A program made the translations under genes and the position numbers. From Octopus sinensis (Eukaryota): a stretch of 64,000 nucleotides of DNA. Of this stretch, positions 1-13,639 are shown in pieces. Location: positions 35,154,001 to 35,218,000 of the forward strand of contig NC_042997.1 in assembly GCF_006345805.1 (NCBI RefSeq), in the 5' to 3' direction. Position 1 is the stretch's first letter, and each line of letters starts with the position of its first letter. Under the pieces are notes generated by a model. It ran no database searches. It saw only the letters and a list, made by a program, of their open reading frames with translations, and was not told the DNA's origin.

Positions 1-545
1 CCTTCACCGAATTGTCCACCTCCTCTTGGTGATGAAACCTTACGGACGCAGGAAGTGAGCCATCGATCGGGACGAGTAGTAATCCGATGGATGTATTTTC
101 TCGCAATCCTAATGTGCATACGTAAGCAATGTTTAAGGAAGGGTCAGCTTTCGGAACATTTCATCAGAATAACCTTTTTGAGCACAAGGTGATGCTCTTC
201 ATCTTGTAGGATTATGAGGGGACAGTTCACTTGAAGTTCGTTGCGGACTTTCGAATCATCGATGGCAACCCGTACTCAGAAGAGCTGGAGCGGATGTATG
301 CAATTGTGCAGCGAAAGTACCCGATATAGGTTAACAGGAAGCGAGTTTCTCTTGCACTTGTAATGCTTTCCCAACCAAGAGGAGGTGGAATTTCAGTGTA
401 GTTCTTCGTTTCAAAGTACAAGAACTGGTATCAGCGTCGGATCGAAGAACTGGCAGAAAGGCGGCTTCAGACGGTGCAAGACGATGGCCTCTACTTTGAA
501 TGTTAGGATACTTGACGAATATTGCAAACTTTTGACTCAACACAG
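1..545 (+). mobile_element. Decayed mariner-family transposase remnant (catalytic domain to C-terminus), internally deleted and truncated by the window edge
   Basis: Manual translation gives LHRIV..GDET at ~2-45, HKVMLFIL*DYEGTVHLKF...YSEELERMYAIVQRKYP*VNRKRV at ~183-345 and WYQRRIEELAERRLQTVQDDGLYFEC* at ~427-506. These match mariner motifs (FLHRIVTGDE; KVML..WWD..G..H; FY..GI..L..RW..V....G.YF), with stops and frameshifts. Confidence 0.8.
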
Positions 546-951
546 TATCTTCGTAATGCGGATAATTTTCTTTAAATTTGTAGTAAATACTGGGGAATAC
601 TTGTAAGCACTGCTGGCAAGGAATGTTTTGCAGTGAGCCTTATTCTTAACCTTTGAAAATTTTGTTAAATTTTGTTAACCATGTATATCGTTGTGAAATT
701 CAAACTTGCTTTGAACATCTTTCAAAATGCACCCAATTCTTGTTCCAAGAGGGCAAACACTTGATGTGTTCCACAAATTATAAACGATGAAGTTTATGAT
801 AGACATCTTGTGTATATGCTGAATTCTTTAGATTTTTAATGAAGTTTATGGTTTACTTTTATTAACAAATATCCAGTTATGTCACACATGAAAAGTTATT
901 TAGCTTTTCAAATATGAAACAAAAGCTGATAAAATTATGTATATATAATAG

Positions 952-1092
952 CAAGGTGGAAAGTTTCCCGCTCCTAAAGACAAGAAACGATTGAAGTTGG
1001 GTGTGGAATCCAAAACAGAATTCGATGAGCTTAGAAAATCAATAACACAAATAAGAGATAAGTACCGAATCTTGTGTTCAACTGCAATGTGA
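952..1092 (+). CDS. Candidate terminal coding exon of an unidentified upstream gene (QGGKFPAPKDKKRLKLGVESKTEFDELRKSITQIRDKYRILCSTAM*)
   Basis: AG at 950-951, 46 open codons with protein-like composition, TGA at 1090-1092 and AATAAA at 1168-1173. The polypyrimidine tract is weak and no homologue was recognised. Confidence 0.3.
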   Translation, partial: QGGKFPAPKDKKRLKLGVESKTEFDELRKSITQIRDKYRILCSTAM

Positions 1093-2842
1093 AGGGTCAC
1101 TAATGCGTATTTGTATAGTAGTTACATGGATGGATATAATTTGTGTGGTTTAAAACATGATAAGAAAAATAAATAAAAAAACGATAGTTTGATGCTAGAG
1201 ACCATAGATAGTATCAGTTATCTGAACATATTGCTCTATGCTATTAACATAAACAAAACCTTGTTCAAAAGAAGCATATATATAATATTATTTAACTTTA
1301 TGCAGCTAAGAAATATTTGGATTTCTCCTTGGTATAGATCAAACAATCTGCATAGATTTCTACATCGGTAAGCAACCCGTTTATCTCCTTTATGTTCTCG
1401 AATTCACTGTTTTCCAATTCTGCATAGTAAATTATTAAACATCCATCAACCACCGAAGCAGATCAGCGCTTTATCAGAACGTTTGGGGATATTAATTTTT
1501 ACTTGGAAAGCAGCCATACAGTAAGAATGCCCCACCGTATGCATGTGCTGTTTTGAATACAATTAGTCAATTATATAATATAAATTGATAAAATTACCAT
1601 GTGTAATTTTCTTAGATATTAAATGTAATTGATTTATCTTGTGTAAATGCTTATATATTAATTGATATCTCATATTCTACTCAAGGCAGCATATTGTATT
1701 TAGTTTCACAGTGCTGAATAATATTCAGTTACAACGTATGCTTGACATTTCATAAATATGTTATTATCAGTAATCACCACAAAAATTGATTAAAAGGCAG
1801 TGTTTTCATTTTAGCTGAATTTCGGAAGAAGATCTAATAAATTTTTAATGTGCTAAGAAAAGACTACTCATTTTCCATTTTTAAGTAGAAGTGTAATTAG
1901 ATATTAAAATAGATTTTAAAATAACGAGTATAATTTTACGAGATTACTGAATTTATGTTTGATATGAAAGGAGTAAACTGTAAATTATTAGCTTTGTAAA
2001 AAGTGGTATTAATACCAGTAGTTTAGAGACAGAAATCGAAAGGAAAGGAAAACTTGATGAAGTGAATACCTTTAATGAATAAAAACAGCAACTAAAATTT
2101 AGACGCAGGGAAATGCATATTCGGGTGGATGGAACTCATTAATATTTAGTACAGAATGGTGGAGTTAAATACAATGTATATTACCGGAAAATCAATAATG
2201 GATAGAACGATCGGATTTAATAGAGGTGCTATAATAGCCACAAAAGCTACAGAGAATGTAGATTTTAAAGTTATACTAATCTGTATGTGTTTCCCCCAAA
2301 GATCTTAACATAATTTTTAAGGATAAGGAAATGGTGTTTGTAGTGACTTATATCTGCATATTTTATATAATGGCAAAAGGTTATGTCGTAAATTTCCATG
2401 AATAATATATGTATAGTCTCCATGAAGTAAAAATGGAGATAACTGATGTGCCGCGTTGGCTTGCAGTAGAGTGTAATATTTAGATGAAAAAAGAAACACA
2501 GAGCAACAGCGATTCCCGTAACTGAGGAACGCCCCTATACAATTGATGTTTCAACTTGAATATCTTTTAACAGTGTTTTGCAGGGGGCATAAGAACAAGA
2601 AATTCATTTATCATAAATCTCCCAAATAAGGAAATTATGGGAAATATCTGAGGATGAGTGGTTTCAAAAGAAAATTTAGCGTGCGGCAGGTGTGTTTACC
2701 CAGGTGTGTATAACGTTCTACGTTTGGAAGTAGAAGCCATTCCGTTATAACATTGCACGAGAAGTTTAGTAATGATAACAGAATTGTATGGTCGAACACG
2801 TTGTCATAGCTGGAAAGCATCGTACGATTTATTTGAAGTGGA

Positions 2843-2932
2843 AGCAGCAACAGCAGCAGCAATTGCCGTGGCAACAGCAGCAGCAACTGCCGCGGCAACA
2901 GCAGCAGTAGTAACAGCAGTAGCAGCAACAGT
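2843..2932. repeat. Degenerate (CAG/CAA)n repeat with a duplicated 24-bp unit
   Basis: GCAGCAGCAATTGCCGTGGCAACA followed by GCAGCAGCAACTGCCGCGGCAACA inside GCA/ACA triplets. Confidence 0.8.
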
Positions 2933-3409
2933 AGGGTTGTAAATATACAAACAATGCACCAATATAAGCCAAGCCTTGTGATCAAACACTTCGCTTCAAA
3001 GTCACGTGGTACTGGTTTGTATCTCACTTTGCTCGGGCATTAATGACTTTTACTACATGGAGTTGACCAAACCACCGAGAGTAGAATTATGAAGTCATGT
3101 AGATTATCTTCTTCTAAGTACTATAATGTCTAAACATGATACTTCACAAAACTGAAATTGTAACCGATCTGAGTAAACAGATATTTATAACATACATAGG
3201 TTTTCAAGCATCCAGGACGTTCTCCCACCCCCGCGTGAATGGAAATAACGGACATTGCTTACCGACAGTTACTGTGTACTCAATTCTCAGCTAAAGCTGA
3301 TTCAATTAAATAGAATGAAGTACCCGCATCGAAGTGACAACTCATATGACATAGCTCACGTAAAATACAACATACTTTGAGTCTATTATATTAGTTTCAA
3401 ACTTTGACT

Positions 3410-3601
3410 CAAGTACAGCAAATTTGGTGGAGGGGCTTAGTCGATTACATCGACCTTAGTGTATAACTGATACTTATGTTTTGACCCCAAAAGGATGAAA
3501 GGAAAATTTGAAGTGTGCGGAATTAGAACACAGAACGTATAGACAGATCAAATGACTCTAAGCATTTTGCATGGCTTGCTAACGATTCTGCTAGCCCGCC
3601 T
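3410..3601 (-). mobile_element. tRNA-derived SINE, family C (head GGCGGTGAGCTGGCAGAATCGTTAGC), diverged
   Basis: Reverse complement aligns by eye to the copy at 17132-17361 (head, B-box-like segment, CCTTTCATCCTTT..GGGGTC core). Confidence 0.7.
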
Positions 3602-3647
3602 TCCTTTTGAGTTTATTTATCTTACCCCTACAGTATTTCACCCATCT

Positions 3648-3795
3648 TCTCGTTTTGAGTTCAGATTTCTCTGAGTTCGTCTTTGCCTTTCATCCTTTCG
3701 GGGTAGACGAAATAAGTACACGATGAGCAGAGGGGTCGATGTAATCAACTTGCCCTTTCCTCGAAATTGCTGGACTTATGCTAAACCTTTAAATC
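3648..3795 (+). mobile_element. SINE family C, 5'-truncated copy
   Basis: GAGTTCAGATTTC...TTTGCCTTTCATCCTTTCGGGGTAGACGAAATAAGTAC...GGGGTCGATGTAATC matches the 17132 copy. Confidence 0.7.
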
Positions 3796-5509
3796 AACAT
3801 TATTTCTATTATACAATATGAACTATCATTGCTGTAGCCCTCTGGTTAAGAATATTTTATACACATATGATGGAATCATATTGGTACGTTTTTGTTTTAG
3901 ATATGTCTGATATATAATTCACACGTCTACCATGCAAAAGATTATTTTGCAACTAATTTCTACAAGAACATCTTAATATTATTCATTTAATAGATTATTG
4001 TTTAATCATACATATCTAAAATGTGCATCGTATAAATAAAATACGAAACAGAATTTCTCATACTACTAGATAAATATAGGAATATAAAAAGATCAGTTTT
4101 ATACAACATCATGTGCATAGTAGTTTCACATTAGATGTATGTGCTAAAGTCTCTTTTATCATTGTTCTTTTAAGATATTTCATCTTTATCTACACATATT
4201 CCGATAGTGAATTGAACGTCTGGGACTAATAAGCTTTTATAATATAAGCCAATATTTATAAAATGCAAGACATTTTCTTGCAATACCGACTGCGAATTAA
4301 GAAAGTAATGACGTTACAGAAGTATTTAATAAATCGCTCTTATTTTGTGATCTACTTTTATTATAGAGAAGAATTAGAATCAATCCGTTCTTCCACGTTT
4401 TATAGAAGCAGTGCATTTATTTAAATATATGTCGCTCAGCATGTTACTATCTGTAGTTTTCTTAGACTTAGGAATACGAAGGGCACAAAGAGATGTGTGT
4501 TTAGAAAAATGTGTTGCATTTCATTGATCCCACGTTGCATGCAAAGCGAAAGTTGCTTGATTTTCGAAACGGATCAATAGTGCATATTGTTATCGATTTC
4601 TGTGCGCATCAGTAAGAATAAATGGATAATAAAGGTTCTCAGAAAAACAAAACGAAATAAATAAATAAATAAATAAATAAATAGAAATAAACGATGACAG
4701 ACTTACTTGATTAATCCAGCAGTTAGTTGTTATAATCTGATCCTTTTCATCCTGAAGTAAAGAAAAGACGAAATATTTATAAAATTTTGATTATACGGCA
4801 AAAGTAAATATTATAAAGGTAAGATCAATATTTTAGGGAATTATATGCAGTTTGAATTGACGAATAAAGAAAATAAAAGTAACTGAAATCTCGGAATAAT
4901 AATAGGAGCAGAAATATTAATAGAAACCGAAGTAATATAACGAAAACAAGAACAACAACATTGCTAGTTTAGACTAATGGTATGGTATAGAGAAGTTTAA
5001 GGACCAGATAAAATTATTTGTTCGCTTTGTTTGCATGTAGAGTAATATTGTAAATACATTTTTAATTTGTTTTCTTTTTCTCACCAAATTTTAGATGGTA
5101 GGTTACGTTGCTGCTGTGCTCTGTTTATATTTCTATTGCTGAAAATTATCTTGTCGATCGACGTCGTCTCGGCGTTGCTTAGTTTGAAGTTGAGTCTAAA
5201 ATTCGTCGCATACAAACTCCGTTTCTCATTATCGGTGAAAATTTTGCTGGCTCTCTCTGTCACACTTCACTAACACGTATTTTGTGTTTTTATCTATGGT
5301 TGCACTTTGGATCAATGGTATTTTATGCAGGAATTTAAGGTCAAATTATTTGTAGGTCAAATTATTTGCATGTTTCATTTGCATGGAGTGTAGGTTTAAG
5401 TAGGTTTTGATAATTGTTCTCTTCTACTCATGAAATTTCGGATGATAAGTTATATTTCTATTTCTATTCCCGGGTTCATCAGCTTGTATATATATATATA
5501 TTTATACAT

Positions 5510-5675
5510 ATATGAGTGCGTGTGAGTGTGTTTCCGCCTCACCGGTTGACAGTCCATGTTTGTTTACGTCTGCGTAAATTAAGAAGTTCTTCAAAAGTGA
5601 CGATGGAATAAGCTCCAGGTATGAAATAAAAATAAAGTTAAAAGATCAACTTAAACTTTGAAGGTCGTGCTCCCT
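5510..5675 (+). mobile_element. SINE family A, decayed 3' half
   Basis: GGTTGACAGTCCATGTTTGTTTACGTC...GATGGAATAAG...GAAGGTCGTGCTCC resembles the 3' half of the 17862 copy. Confidence 0.45.
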
Positions 5676-6048
5676 CTTATACGTAGACTTGCATAAAAAT
5701 ATCGGCAAAAACGAAACAAAAACGTGACTGCTGATGCATCACACTGATGGTCAAAACCCAATGTGAGAAATAACACACACGGCAGATACATTCAGTTCAG
5801 AATTTTTAAAATTATTTCTTTGAAGGCGTAAAAAACATCGAATATTGATTTCGGAACGTTACTGTTCCAGCCAAATTGTGAAACAGCTATTACGGAAAAT
5901 TTAAAAATCTAAAATGCAAAAGACGATGATTGAACCTAGTCGTGTATGTAAAGAAACGAGTATGAAATTTAAATAAAAATGTTCCTTGTATATACGTAAA
6001 TATATGTACGTATATACATGTATATATAAACATATACAAATATATGAT

Positions 6049-6086
<38 letters not shown>

Positions 6087-6295
6087 CATATATATACGTA
6101 CAAATGTGTATGTAAATATGTATATATGCATACACACACATATGTACAGGCATAAATGCATATATGCAAATTCAAACGCACTTGTACACTTACAAGCATA
6201 CCTAAAATGTTAAAATATATTGTTAGTATGGTAATGTAAATTGCAAATATCTCATAGTTATATCAATAGAATATATCGAAGAAGATTGTATTATA

Positions 6296-6424
<129 letters not shown>

Positions 6425-6989
6425 ATAGGAACATATTTAATTGAAATATTAAATTGCGCTAAACCTGACTCTCTGAATCAACTGTGCTAATGCTCGAGGT
6501 TTGATGGTATTTTAATAGAACATGAATAAATAAAATCAATTAATTCAATTTTGTTGAATAATTAATCCTTTTGTTGAATACTTATAGCAATTGACACCAC
6601 CTACAGAATGTTAAAGGCTCTTTGCAAATATTCCGTAACTGTGAATTCTTGATGAATGCCAAAGGAAAGTTGTTGGGTTATAGCATTTATTGACAGCATA
6701 ATTAGTTAGCTCACAAAAGAAGTTATATATAAAATTAAATTTTCCTCTAGCTATTGGGGGGTACATAAAAATGAAATGGAAAGTGTGTAGCTGAATAATT
6801 AAGTCAAAAATTAATTTCAAGTGTGTTATTTGTTACACATTCTACTTTTTATACACATTCTACTTTTTCAGTGTTGCTTTTCTATTATTTGGAATAGAAA
6901 TAAATTGGATAAAAGCTCCAAAAATCAATGCCATCCATATGCTAACACCTATCAATAACGACAATAATAAAAGTAGTCCATTCTATAGA

Positions 6990-7121
6990 GAAGGGGGCTT
7001 GTCGGTTACATCGACCTCATTGCGCAACGGGTATTTATTTATCGTGCGGAATTTGAACTCAGAAAGTTAAGACAAACGAAATAACGCTAAACAATTTTCA
7101 TGCGTGCTAACAAATGCGGTA
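6990..7121 (-). mobile_element. SINE family C, internally deleted and diverged
   Basis: CGGAATTTGAACTCAGAA and GTGCTAAC..ATGCGGTAGCTCACCTCC are reverse complements of the family C B box and head. Confidence 0.65.
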
Positions 7122-7134
7122 GCTCACCTCCATA

Positions 7135-7275
<141 letters not shown>

Positions 7276-7525
7276 ATTCCTATTATAGTAGGTGCATTAG
7301 GCATGATAAAAAATATTCAGACAAATACATAACAAAAACACCAGGACTTTCAAACACATATAACATACAGAAAATTGCACTACTAGGCACTGCACACATC
7401 CTACGCAGAACACTTTCCATACAATAACCGTCAGAGCATCACAACAAATCACAGCACATACCCAAGGCACACAGAGCTGCGCTCGGTAGTGAAGTGAAAG
7501 TACGCTATAAAAATAAAACTACTGA
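7276..7525 (+). mobile_element. 5'-truncated R4/Dong-like (restriction-like endonuclease) non-LTR retrotransposon inserted in (TAA)n
   Basis: IPIIVGALGMIK / YSDKYITKTPGLSNTYNIQKIALLGTAHILRRTLSIQ* (stop at 7427) matches the R4-clade C-terminus. About 100 nt of 3' UTR follow, and (TAA)n lies on both sides. Confidence 0.75.
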
Positions 7526-7540
7526 ATAATAATAACGATG

Positions 7541-7618
<78 letters not shown>

Positions 7619-7640
7619 GTAATAATAATAATAATGACAA
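7526..7640. repeat. (TAA)n microsatellite
   Basis: Direct reading. Confidence 0.95.
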
Positions 7641-9889
7641 TAATAAAGTCACATGTAATTGTCTTAACTGGTGTGTCACATGTACTGAGAAGAGAATTGT
7701 TGCTATGATTTTTTTTTCCTTTTTCTCTTTACTTTCTTTGTTTACATTTTAATTTTTTATTTTTTCCCTTTTTCTCTCTGTCTTTCTTCCTCTTTTTCTC
7801 TTTCACATGACTTTGTAAAGGAACAATTTGGTGTGTTTATTTTAATAGCCTACCAACGTATGCAGTGAGTTTCTTTGTTCCAGGTGTCAGGAAGACACTT
7901 GGCAAGAAATGGAAACAAAATTGAAAGAAGATAACAACAACAACAAATCGGAGCTCACAGCCACATTTTCCCCCTGCCTTCATTTCGTTTGGCGGTTCAT
8001 TGTATTTTAAAGAAAGAAGTGTAAAGTAATTTTCACATAGGAGGTAATAGTTATATCTTCACCATTTTGAAAGTGAATTTATTGTGCGAATTCCCTTTCA
8101 ATTCGTTCCTTTCCAACTGCGTAGAATAACTGTCACTTCTGCCCGGTATTTCTTTATGTCTACTATTCATTGTCACAAAAAGATTGCGTGACACTGGTGG
8201 TTATGACTGGAACTTATTACGATGCCTTCGGAAATGTACCTGTAAGTGCCATACGGGTAACGGCTTGCACCGCAAGCTTTTGCCGTTTCTTTTTTTTTTT
8301 ATTTCTCTTAGATTTTTCATCTCTTCGTGACACGAAACGTTGAAATGGAATATACTACTATGTGTGTAGCACATGGTAATATATGTCAGAGCAGGAATTG
8401 TCTTGTGCTACATGCTTCAACGAATCAATTAAATCAGGAATACACGAGAGGGGGCAAAAATTATAGACGAAGTATAGCAAACAGTCACTTCCATGAAAGA
8501 TTCATTAGGTAGGCGTCAAAGGTATTGTATCTCGATATTCCCTCTCAAAATGGAAGGTGTATTGATTTTAGTGCTAATCTTTAAAGTAAAGTTTATGCGG
8601 AACAAGTATCTTAAAACATTTACGGATAATTGTTTCTCTCTCTTCCATTAACAATTTTTAGAAATAAGGATTTTTCTGCGCTAACAAATGTAAATGTTAA
8701 AGCATGGAAACATCTAGCCTTGTTTGATATATCGTACCACTGTACTGCGTTGAAGTACACTCGAAGAGTCCAGAAAATAGAAAGCAATTTTTGAAGTTTA
8801 CTGAACGGTGTGTAGTAATTCTGATTATCGAACTGGCGAGATTGGTGAATACAGAAGATTGGAAATGATTGGCCGTAATTAGGCATTACTCTTCTAAGAA
8901 CGAGGGTATGGTATCTTTCATTATTTGCTTCAATCGTGAAACTTGATGATCAGGAGTCAGCCATGTTTAGATATAGTTCCAAAGCCTCATTTTTGGCTGG
9001 CTGGCGAAATGATGGAAATGACTGTGAGTAATAATAATAGTAATAGTAATAACAGTAATCATTACCAAAAGGAAATATTTTACACGCTCATATTATAGAA
9101 ACCAAAATAAGCTGTTGAGAATCCGAACAACGTTTCTCAACTTTTGAACAGGGTGATCTATAGTTTTCTTATAAAACTGAACCGTAGATATACAAGTTTG
9201 TTGTTTGTAGGCTACAAAATTGGTTTTGGTTTACTTACCAAGGAATCTATGTTTACGACACATTTAAATTTTCTGTCTAACAGATCTACATTTGAGACCA
9301 TTCCAAGACGCCGCTGCCTAAAAGCTATTAATTCAAAGCATTTATTTGCTTTTTGATGTAAAATGAGAATAGAAACTTGAAGAACCATTGTGTCAATGAA
9401 GACAGTTCAAAATATAGATTAGGTGAAAATTGGAAAACTCTTATAAATTCAGCCTAAATAAAATTCATATTTATTAGCGAAAGAGTGAATAATATATAAT
9501 TCTTTTACAAATACAATTTGAACTTATGAATTTTAATTATCACATTTGAGTTCATGTAACAATATTTTTCTAAAAATTCCTTTGTAGACAAGAGATTTGC
9601 TATGATGGTCTGAATCGGATAAAGCTATGAATGAGACAGTAAGGTACTGATATGTTTTAAAAGTATCGATAAAAATATCGAATTTTTATAATCAATATAA
9701 GTGTATAAAAAGGAAATTAGAGGAAACAAGATGATTTCCACACAGCATAATTTCTGATTATTTATGGATCGTTGACTACAACAATTATTGTTCTCGAAAT
9801 TTATAAATAGCATAGGCTATTACCTTCACGCATATCGCCGTCGGTTCCACTCATTATCTCCTCCTTTTTAATCTGAATATATTAATCAA

Positions 9890-10078
9890 ATGCACATACA
9901 TACATACATGCATACATACATACATACACATACATACATACATACATACATACATACATCATACATACATACACCTGTATACATACATACATGCATACAT
10001 ACGTACACACATATATACATACATAGAGGCGTACAAGCACATAAAAACGTACGCACCACACACACAAACACACACATG

Positions 10079-10112
<34 letters not shown>

Positions 10113-10260
10113 ATATTATATATATATATATATAATATATATATATGTAAGTATATGTATACATGCAGGCATGTATATTAGCATTTAAATGACTGAATAC
10201 GCAGACGTACATACACGCAAAGACAAAAACATACAAACACAAACACATGCACACATATAC
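9890..10260. repeat. Compound (TACA)n/(TA)n/(CA)n microsatellite field
   Basis: Direct reading; it accounts for several ORF-track artefacts. Confidence 0.9.
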
Positions 10261-11064
10261 CCATACATAAAGAATGTCAGAGGGAATTAAATTTGAATAA
10301 AATTTAGATCATTGTTTATGCGCGTTAATAGAATTCCTTTAATTATCTATAAATATTCACAAACACTTTCAATTAAGTTAGAAACAATAACCACAAACCG
10401 CGAATTTTATACGTAACAATTATCAAAGTAGAGGGCAAAAATTATAGTTGGGTCATGATGATGAATTTTTCCTTTTTCCTGTTTTTTTTTAATTTATATA
10501 TTGCAAAATACGATTTCGAGAAAATGGCTTTGAATATGATATTTAAAATATATTACTGTTGAAAGTCAGACATAATTGCTATATTTTACGTAGCCAGAAA
10601 TAAGTTGCAGTTAACAGAACTATCTGAGAATCATTGAAGCACAGTGCAATAAGATAATTGATAATTTCTTAAAAGAAACGGACGGTACTGTGAAAAGACA
10701 AAGGATATGATGCGAAATATATTATGATATACATCAAACGATTCAGAAAGCAGAATAGTACTGAGGGAACAAAGCGTAGAGCGTGTAGCCATATACATGA
10801 AGCAATTTACTTTACAACTTATCTTAAAGTGAGCCATAAATTATTGGAAGTGTGACAGAACCTTTCTTTATGTACGTTACATCGTCGACTAAAACAAAAT
10901 CCATGGACGATATTTCAGTTCAGTCGAATGAGGTAAATAGTGTTTCGGAGATGGAAGACATATGCAGGATGACTCAAATCACATAGCTGACGATCAGAGG
11001 CAGACATCAGAAATTCTATTACATTCTCAACGAACCAACGCTGTTCTATCTATTGGGAAATGTG

Positions 11065-11113
<49 letters not shown>

Positions 11114-11122
11114 ACACATACA

Positions 11123-11161
<39 letters not shown>

Positions 11162-11232
11162 ATAAATGGAGTTTAACGCAGGTATAATTCAAATACTTTT
11201 ACTTCTGACACATGTTTCAAGGGAAAAATACA

Positions 11233-11275
<43 letters not shown>

Positions 11276-11589
11276 TATATATATATTATTATATATATAG
11301 ATATATATATATATTATATATATATATTGCATCTCTTGCTCTCTCTGCAATTCCTTGTACATCGGACAAACGGGACGCCGCTTGGCTGACCGGTTCGCGG
11401 AACACCTTCGTGACATCCACCTTGCGAACGACACACCGGTCTCACGCCATTTCCGCTCCACCGGTCACTCCTTGCAACACCTATCTGTGTTCGGTTGTCC
11501 TTACACAGAGGCCATCCGGATTCCCGTTTGCGCCGTGAACAGGAATTAATCTTCTCTCTTCGCTCTTATACGCCATTTGGTCTCAATCT

Positions 11590-11965
11590 CCCCCCCCCCC
11601 CCTCCTCATCTAACCTCACCCCCTCTCACCTATCCTTTCTCCCCCCGACCCCTACTTCTTCAGTCCTTATCCTTTCACCCCTACTCCCCTTCCCTTCTTC
11701 CCTCTTTCCCTCCCTCTTCCCATTCCTCTGCTCTCTTCACTCCCTCTCTCCCCTTCTCTCTCCCCCTCTCCCTCTTTTTCCTCCTTCTCTTCTCTCCCTC
11801 ACTCCCTCTCTCCCCTTCTCTCTCCCCCTCTCCCTCTTTCCTCCTTCATCCCCCTCATCCCCTTCTTCTCCCCCATCCTCTCCTCCCCCTCCCCCCTTCT
11901 CCTCCCCCCTCTTCTTCCCCTCCCCTTTCTCCCCCCCTCTTCTCCCCCTCCCCCTCTTCTCCTCA
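11590..11965. repeat. Near-pure polypyrimidine (C/T) tract, ~375 nt
   Basis: Direct reading: almost only C and T on the + strand. Confidence 0.9.
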
Positions 11966-12514
11966 CTACACCACATGACTTTACACATCACATCACATAT
12001 GATGTGCCATACTAATACACACACCAACTAATACATACTAATACGTACTAATACATACTAGTACATACTAATACTTACACCAACCCTATACATACACACG
12101 TCCAGACCCCGCATACGCACTTATACTCTCTCACACACAAACACACACCTATACATACCAATACGTACTAATACCTACTAATACATACTAAACATACACC
12201 AACCCCATACATACGCACGTCCAGACCAATCTTACGCACTAGTACTCTCTCATACACACACACACACACACACACACCCTTATACATAAATACATACAAC
12301 CAACCCTATACATACACACATCCAGACCCCTCCCACGCACTTTTAGCTGGTCCCTCAACCCATTTATCAACCCTATTATCTCCCCTTCTTTCGCTCTCGC
12401 GTCTCATGTTTGATCTTTGACCTCTGGCCGAAATCAGATCGCCATGTTGATTCGTTAGCTACTGCACGCATTTTTTTTTCTCTCCTTCTTTCTGTGTTTT
12501 TCTCTCTCTGTGTA

Positions 12515-12552
12515 TCTTTCTGTTGAAGAGCGTAGGCTCGAAACGTTAAAGA
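12515..12552 (+). ncRNA. Minimal type I hammerhead-like motif, non-canonical core CUGUUGA
   Basis: TCTTT-CTGTTGA-A-GAGC-GTAG-GCTC-GAAA-CGT-T-AAAGA: helix I 5 bp, helix II 4 bp, loopless palindromic helix III (ACGU). Confidence 0.55.
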
Positions 12553-12711
12553 CTTGTTTTATTTATATTTCCTGAGCGCCATACTAATACAATTGTTCGT
12601 TTGTTTTCCACCTGCCTTCGTCTTTTGTTTATTTTCATAAAGCTTCCCGTTATATATATATATACATATATATACATATATGTATACATATATATATATA
12701 TATATTGATAG

Positions 12712-12763
<52 letters not shown>

Positions 12764-13127
12764 TATATTATAACGATATTATTGTTTACGATAATATTAA
12801 TTGGTAAGCATGCGTAAAAGAATACCATAAGGTAAAAAATTATTAGTTAACAGCACGCTAACAATAGCAGTCAGAAGACGACTACAACCACAAATTTTCA
12901 TTAATACACATTAATTGAAATCAGAGGAATGAGCAGAAATTCTAAGCCCATGTGCCAATAAGAAAAAGAAACGTAACTTGAATCGTAATATCCTGCGCGA
13001 TTTGATGGCTAGAGTCTGTGCAAAGCCCTGTCATTCACACACACATACACACGCATGCACATATGCACACATACATATATGAATATGTATACATTTATAT
13101 ACATACACGCACTCATTTATGCATCTG

Positions 13128-13207
<80 letters not shown>

Positions 13208-13229
13208 TCTATCACATTTCTTGGCATTC

Positions 13230-13639
13230 ACTTTCTTTCTCCGCTTGATCTCCGCTCGCAGAACACCTCATGTTCTTGTCTCCTGACTATCATCTACACT
13301 TGTTGCCGTAAGGCTTCCACTTCACACTCCAGCTTAACTGAACTTGTCCCTTTAGTGGAAAAACCTGTTGCTTGTACTTGTAATTATGTAGCATTTTCTC
13401 AGTTTTCTTGTTTTTTTGTCCTTGTCGCACATATTCGACCGCTTTCTTCCAAAAATTTATCGTCCTTAGCTTAGATTTTTTGGGCTTACCAAGTTTGAAC
13501 AGTCTCAAGTGTAACAGGCCGAAACTGACAGATAAACAGAAAGCCAGAAATGTTCCGTTTTAGTTTTCTTGTCCGTCCTTGTATCATCCATCTGTCCGTG
13601 TGTTTTCAGTGTCGTTTGTTACGTTCTTCTTTCAGTGTT

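Larger units (their letters stand above)
11325..12651 (+). mobile_element. Penelope-like element 3' fragment (Neptune-like): GIY-YIG endonuclease end, low-complexity 3' region and pseudo-LTR end
   Basis: CISCSLCNSLYIGQTGRRLADRFAEHLRDI...HFRSTGH, a frameshift near 11497, then DSRLRREQELIFSLRSYTPFGLN. The terminal segment 12440-12651 recurs at 21573 and 33076. Both ends abut (TA)n. Confidence 0.85.

Noticed and set aside
141-175. Minus-strand CTGATGA...GAAAGCTG hammerhead-like string
   Set aside because: It has no helix II pairing, position 17 is G, and it lies inside mariner coding sequence.
8259-8302. GC hairpin followed by a T run, resembling an intrinsic terminator
   Set aside because: The context is eukaryotic, and a single short hairpin is compatible with chance.
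8883-9023. Possible 141-nt exon ending in GTGAGT
   Set aside because: The acceptor has no polypyrimidine tract and the peptide is unrecognised; indistinguishable from chance.
11495-12031. Pro/Ser/Leu-rich 178-aa and 133-aa ORFs
   Set aside because: Only the first ~30 codons are PLE endonuclease; the rest is the C/T tract, which cannot encode stops.
13490-13535. TTGAACAGTCTC...GGCCGAAACTGAC possible hammerhead relic
   Set aside because: The core and cleavage triplet are too degenerate to support a call.
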